Assembly: GCA_902570675.1 (NCBI GenBank)
Contig: CACFYZ010000001.1
Span: 22,955-86,954, forward strand
Length of the DNA stretch: 64,000 nt
Source of the DNA: an uncultured Pelagibacteraceae bacterium
GTDB taxonomy: Bacteria; Pseudomonadota; Alphaproteobacteria; Pelagibacterales; AG-422-B15
Direction: 5' to 3'
Part shown: piece by piece, positions 60,355 to 64,000 of the stretch
How positions within the stretch are numbered: the first letter of the stretch is position 1
Layout of the letters: each line of letters opens with the position of its first letter
The notes under the pieces: generated by a model
The model's input: the letters and a program-made list of their open reading frames with translations, nothing else
Told to the model about the DNA's origin: nothing
Database searches by the model: none
Translations under genes and position numbers: made by a program

Positions 60355-61073
60355 TTTTATTTCCAGCAATCGATTTAAAGGAAGGTAAATGTGTTCGGTT
60401 AAGACAAGGAGATTTTGAAGACTCAACGATTTATAATACATCGCCTCTTGATCAAGCAAAAATATTTGAGGATTTAGGAATTGAATATTTACACTGTGTT
60501 GATTTAGATGGTGCTTTAACCGGAAACTTTGAAAATATTAAATCAGTAGAAGACATTAAAAAAAATACAAATCTTAAAATTCAATTTGGAGGTGGAGTAA
60601 GAGATATTCAGAGTGTTAAAAGATTAATTAACACAGGTATCAGTAACGTGATTCTTGGAACATCAGCTTACGATAATAAAGAATTCTTAGAGGCCTCCGT
60701 AAAAATGTATCCATCACAAATATCAATTGCTCTTGACATAAAAAAAAATCAAATTGCTACAAAAGGATGGAGAGAATTAAAGGAACTAAATGTTTCTGAT
60801 TTTTTGAATAGTTTACAAAACATGAATATTAATTCAATTATATGTACAGATGTTATGAAGGATGGGATGAAAGAAGGGATTAATTTTAAATTGCTTGAGG
60901 ATGTAATGGAACAAACTAATTTTGAATGTGTTGCATCAGGTGGTGTTTCAAATATCTCGGATATAATTCACTTGAAAGAGAAAAATTACTCTAAGATTAA
61001 GGGTGTGATTGTGGGTAAAGCAATCTATGACAATAATATTGATATTACTGAGGCATTAAAAATACTTAATTGA
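60351..61073 (+). CDS. hisA: ProFAR isomerase
   Basis: [17 protein letters not shown] start forming an ATGA overlap with the hisH stop (ORF track gives 60339). GGGVR and GVIVGKA blocks. Confidence 0.93.
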   Translation: MILFPAIDLKEGKCVRLRQGDFEDSTIYNTSPLDQAKIFEDLGIEYLHCVDLDGALTGNFENIKSVEDIKKNTNLKIQFGGGVRDIQSVKRLINTGISNVILGTSAYDNKEFLEASVKMYPSQISIALDIKKNQIATKGWRELKELNVSDFLNSLQNMNINSIICTDVMKDGMKEGINFKLLEDVMEQTNFECVASGGVSNISDIIHLKEKNYSKIKGVIVGKAIYDNNIDITEALKILN

Positions 61074-61074
61074 A

Positions 61075-61833
61075 ATGTTAAAAAAAAGAATCATACCCTG
61101 TTTAGATGTTGATCAAGGAAGAGTCGTAAAAGGTGTAAACTTCGTTGATTTAATTGATGCTGGCGATCCAGTTGAGCAAGCAAAAATTTATAATGCTGAG
61201 GGGGCTGATGAACTATGTTTTCTTGACATTACTGCTTCTAGTGATGACAGAGAAACGTTGTTTGAGGTCGTAAAAAAAACCGCAGAAAATTGTTTTATTC
61301 CTCTCACAGTTGGGGGTGGGGTAAGGTCTTTAGATGATATTTCCCGTCTGCTACACTATGGAGCAGATAAGGTCTCGATAAATACAGCGGCTGTTGAAAA
61401 TATTAATTTAGTTGCGAAAGCATCAAAAAAATATGGTTCTTCAACAATTGTAATCGCCGTTGACGCAAAAAAAACTGGTGATCATAAGTGGAGTATATTC
61501 ACACATGGAGGCAGAAAACAGACTGAAATTGATGCAATAAAGTATTGTGAAGAAGTGGCTAATCTTGGTGCAGGTGAGATACTGTTAACTTCAATGGATA
61601 GGGACGGAACAAAAATGGGCTTTGACAATGATTTATTAAGCAATGTTACATCAACCGTTGATATACCCGTAATCGCATCAGGCGGTGTAGGTACATTAGA
61701 ACATTTTTTGGATGGCGTAATTGTTGGAGGAGCTAACGCGTTATTAGCTGCTTCTATTTTTCATTTTGGAGAATATAGTATCAATGATGTTAAAAGATAT
61801 CTTGCTGAGCAAAATATAGCAGTTAGGATTTAA
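61075..61833 (+). CDS. hisF: Imidazole glycerol phosphate synthase, cyclase subunit
   Basis: [22 protein letters not shown] and ASGGVG motifs. 252 aa. Confidence 0.96.
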   Translation: MLKKRIIPCLDVDQGRVVKGVNFVDLIDAGDPVEQAKIYNAEGADELCFLDITASSDDRETLFEVVKKTAENCFIPLTVGGGVRSLDDISRLLHYGADKVSINTAAVENINLVAKASKKYGSSTIVIAVDAKKTGDHKWSIFTHGGRKQTEIDAIKYCEEVANLGAGEILLTSMDRDGTKMGFDNDLLSNVTSTVDIPVIASGGVGTLEHFLDGVIVGGANALLAASIFHFGEYSINDVKRYLAEQNIAVRI

Positions 61834-61835
61834 TC

Positions 61836-62123
61836 ATGAAGGGGTATTGGATTGTAAAAGTGAATGATTTGCACCTAGATAAGCAAAAGATATACAAAGA
61901 GCTTGCAACTGAGGCAGTTAAAAAATTTAATGGTAGATTCTTAGTTAGAGACGGAAAAAATATTACTATGGAAGGCAGAGAATTTGAGAGAAATGTCATA
62001 GTTGAATATGAAACTTTTGATCTAGCTAAACAAGCTTATAATTCAGATGATTATCAAAATGCAAAAAAAATATTAGGTGAAGATAAAGATAGGTCATTTG
62101 CAATCGTCGAAGGGGTTGAATGA
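61836..62123 (+). CDS. DUF1330 domain protein
   Basis: 95 aa with the pattern Y.IV.V...D...Y.EY......F.GRFLVR.G....EG......VIVEY.....A...Y.S..YQ typical of DUF1330. Confidence 0.7.
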   Translation: MKGYWIVKVNDLHLDKQKIYKELATEAVKKFNGRFLVRDGKNITMEGREFERNVIVEYETFDLAKQAYNSDDYQNAKKILGEDKDRSFAIVEGVE

Positions 62124-62431
62124 GTAGTAAAAAAATTGATGTACTGGTCAGGTTATTTGATACAATTGTATCACGTTCTGGTGATGACCCTTCTAAGTCT
62201 TATACAGCGAGACTAATATCAGAAGGTAAAGAAAAATGTATTGAGAAATTAAAAGAAGAGTCATTAGAAACCGTTGAAGCAGCCGAGCAAGACGATATAA
62301 AACAGATTATTTATGAGTCAGCAGACTTAATTTATCACTTGTTAGTATTACTAAAAAAGTTCGATATTACTCCTGATCAGGTCTATGAAGAGCTGGAAAA
62401 TAGGGAAGGTAAATCAGGTTTTAAAGATTAA
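62120..62431 (+). CDS. hisE: Phosphoribosyl-ATP pyrophosphatase
   Basis: L...I..R......SYTA.L...G......K..EE..E...A......I.ES.DL.YH..VLL pattern. 103 aa. Lies in the his operon. Confidence 0.88.
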   Translation: MSSKKIDVLVRLFDTIVSRSGDDPSKSYTARLISEGKEKCIEKLKEESLETVEAAEQDDIKQIIYESADLIYHLLVLLKKFDITPDQVYEELENREGKSGFKD

Positions 62432-62820
62432 TGGCTTACGATAAAGAAAATATTTTTGCTAAAATATTAAGGGGTGAAATACCTTGCGATAAAATTTATG
62501 AGGATGATTATGTTTTATCATTCAGAGATATTCGACCTCAAGCTCCCTCTCATGCTTTAATAATTCCTAAAGGTGAATATTTAGATATAAATGACTTTAG
62601 CGCAAATGCTTCTGACCATGAAATTGTAGGATTTAACAAAGCTATTTCAAAAGTGGCCGATATGCTGGGCATAAGTGAAACTTCTGGTGGTGGAGGATAC
62701 AGATTAATTGCCAATGTAGGTAAGGATGCCCATCAAGAGGTACCACATTTACATTTTCATTTAATCGCAGGAAGACCTTTGGGACCTATGGTTTTTCCTG
62801 AAAAACAAGAAGATAAATAA
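62431..62820 (+). CDS. HIT family (histidine triad) nucleotide hydrolase
   Basis: IFAKILRGEIPC start and the histidine triad HLHFHLIAG. Confidence 0.9.
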   Translation: MAYDKENIFAKILRGEIPCDKIYEDDYVLSFRDIRPQAPSHALIIPKGEYLDINDFSANASDHEIVGFNKAISKVADMLGISETSGGGGYRLIANVGKDAHQEVPHLHFHLIAGRPLGPMVFPEKQEDK

Positions 62821-62825
62821 TTGAT

Positions 62826-63287
62826 ATGAATGAACAAATATCTGATTCCGATCTCATTAAGCTATTTAATAAGAATAAATTATTTGATTTATTTAATATG
62901 ACTGTGCTGGAGGTTGATACTAAAATTGGTAATATCAAAGTAGAGTTCGATGTTGACAAAAAGTTTTGTAATCCTGCTGGTGATGTTCAAGGAGGAATTG
63001 TGAGCGGAATGGTTGATGACGCAACAGCTTTAGCTTTTATTTTTCAAAACCATTTTAAAAAAAGACCACCTACTATTGAACTAAAAACAAATTTTTTATA
63101 TCCAACTAAGCCAGGAAAGGTAATTGGCTATGGTCATGTTGTTAAGTCGGGAAAAAATATTGTATTTTTAGAGGGAAGGTTAGAACAAAATAATAGGACA
63201 GTAGTAACAGCAACATCAACATGTGTTAGTGTGGATATGCCACAAATAAATTTTAAAAAAATGATGGGAGATGAAAATGAAAAATAA
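62826..63287 (+). CDS. PaaI-family hotdog-fold thioesterase
   Basis: NPAGDVQGGIVSGMVDDATA motif and a 153-aa size. Confidence 0.75.
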   Translation: MNEQISDSDLIKLFNKNKLFDLFNMTVLEVDTKIGNIKVEFDVDKKFCNPAGDVQGGIVSGMVDDATALAFIFQNHFKKRPPTIELKTNFLYPTKPGKVIGYGHVVKSGKNIVFLEGRLEQNNRTVVTATSTCVSVDMPQINFKKMMGDENEK

Positions 63288-64000
63288 ACAATGGATTTTA
63301 AAAAATTTCCCAGTTGGCGATATTAGTGAAGGGGACTTAGTCTTAGAAGAAAATGAAGTATCAGAGCTGTTAGATGACCAAGTCTTAATCAGAAACATAT
63401 ATCTATCTTTAGATCCAGCAAATAGAGGATGGATGAGTGGACAAAAATCGTATGTTGATGCTATGAAGACAGGAGATATTATGAGGGGTGGAACAATTGG
63501 TATTATTGAAGAAAGTAAAAATGATAAATTTAAAAAAGGAGAGATTGTTAACTGCATGGGTGGTTGGCAGGAATACTTTATAAGTGATGGAAAAGGCGTA
63601 AGGCAGATCCCTCAAGGAACAGGATTTCCACTTGACAGTTATATGAGTGTATTAGGTATGACGGGTCTTACCGCATACTTTGGTTTATTGGATGTAACAG
63701 ATCCACAGCAAGGTGAAACATTAGTTGTTTCAGCTGCTGCAGGTGCTGTTGGATCTATAGTTTGCCAAATAGGTAAAATCAAAGGGTGTAAAGTTGTTGG
63801 TATTGCCGGTTCCGATAGTAAATGTGAATGGCTCACTCGTGAATTAGGAATAGATGCCGCAATAAATTATAAAACTGATAATCTTCGTCAACGTCTTAAA
63901 GAAGAATGTCCTGATGGAATAGATATTTATTTCGAAAATGTTGGTGGCTCAATAACTGAAGCAGTTTTAACTCGGATGAATATTAATGGAAGAATAAGTT
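63277..64000 (+). CDS. NADP-dependent oxidoreductase, medium-chain (YncB/CurA, PTGR1-like), 3' end outside window
   Basis: Not in the ORF track because it runs off the window. My translation from the ATG at 63277 is MKNKQWILKNFPVGD...LSLDPANRGWM...MTGLTAYFGLLDV..PQQGETLVVSAAAGAVGSIVCQIGK..GCKVVGIAGS...IDIYFENVGG, with no stop through 63999. The three minus-strand ORFs listed here are antisense artefacts. Confidence 0.85.
   Translation, partial: MKNKQWILKNFPVGDISEGDLVLEENEVSELLDDQVLIRNIYLSLDPANRGWMSGQKSYVDAMKTGDIMRGGTIGIIEESKNDKFKKGEIVNCMGGWQEYFISDGKGVRQIPQGTGFPLDSYMSVLGMTGLTAYFGLLDVTDPQQGETLVVSAAAGAVGSIVCQIGKIKGCKVVGIAGSDSKCEWLTRELGIDAAINYKTDNLRQRLKEECPDGIDIYFENVGGSITEAVLTRMNINGRIS

Noticed and set aside
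63216-63836. Three minus-strand ORFs (63216-63557, 63409-63615, 63639-63836) in the ORF track
   Set aside because: They are low-complexity, Ile/Phe/Ser-rich translations antisense to a clean plus-strand reading frame. That frame (63277 to the window end) encodes a recognisable medium-chain NADP-dependent oxidoreductase, which the track omits only because it has no stop within the window.
1-64000. Defence systems, toxin-antitoxin pairs, prophage or transposon remnants, secondary-metabolite clusters
   Set aside because: Reading every ORF of 60 aa or more on both strands, I found no nuclease/helicase/methylase defence-type architectures, no small adjacent antitoxin-like pairs, and no integrase, transposase or capsid signatures. 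ORFs shorter than the track cutoff could not be screened systematically.

Overview
Gene-dense, AT-rich chromosomal segment. GC is roughly one third by eye. It holds about 75 CDS and one tRNA. Spacers are mostly under 100 bp, with many 1-26 nt gene overlaps and several TTG/GTG starts. The gene order is that of an alphaproteobacterial origin-proximal region: parB-parA-rsmG-mnmG-mnmE ... rho-hemJ-hemH-hemE | 275-bp spacer with DnaA boxes | maf-aroE-coaE-dnaQ, then secB-fxsA-Tim44-like, hslVU and a his operon. This fits a streamlined marine alphaproteobacterium (Pelagibacterales-like), but taxonomy cannot be confirmed without a database search. Most of the window is housekeeping: argG, folD, hemCD, tsaD, gpsA, acs, rpe, purH, ftsK, lolA, leuS-lptE-holA. 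I found no rRNA, CRISPR array, transposase, integrase, prophage or recognisable defence or toxin-antitoxin genes. The accessory-looking content worth a second look is: (1) an orphan TRAP-type solute-binding protein whose stop codon lies inside the start of a prokaryotic pentameric ligand-gated ion channel (pLGIC) homologue, a possible binding-protein-coupled channel; (2) a DUF1302 (unusually large, 1032 aa) / DUF1329 / BNR-Ycf48-like envelope cluster that lacks the usual RND-type partner, has a tandem 23-bp repeat in its leader, and is followed tightly by SDR and amidotransferase genes; (3) a TPR-sulfotransferase wedged into the conserved leuS-lptE-holA unit; (4) an orphan OmpR-type regulator with a degenerate receiver domain; (5) the likely oriC next to hemE.
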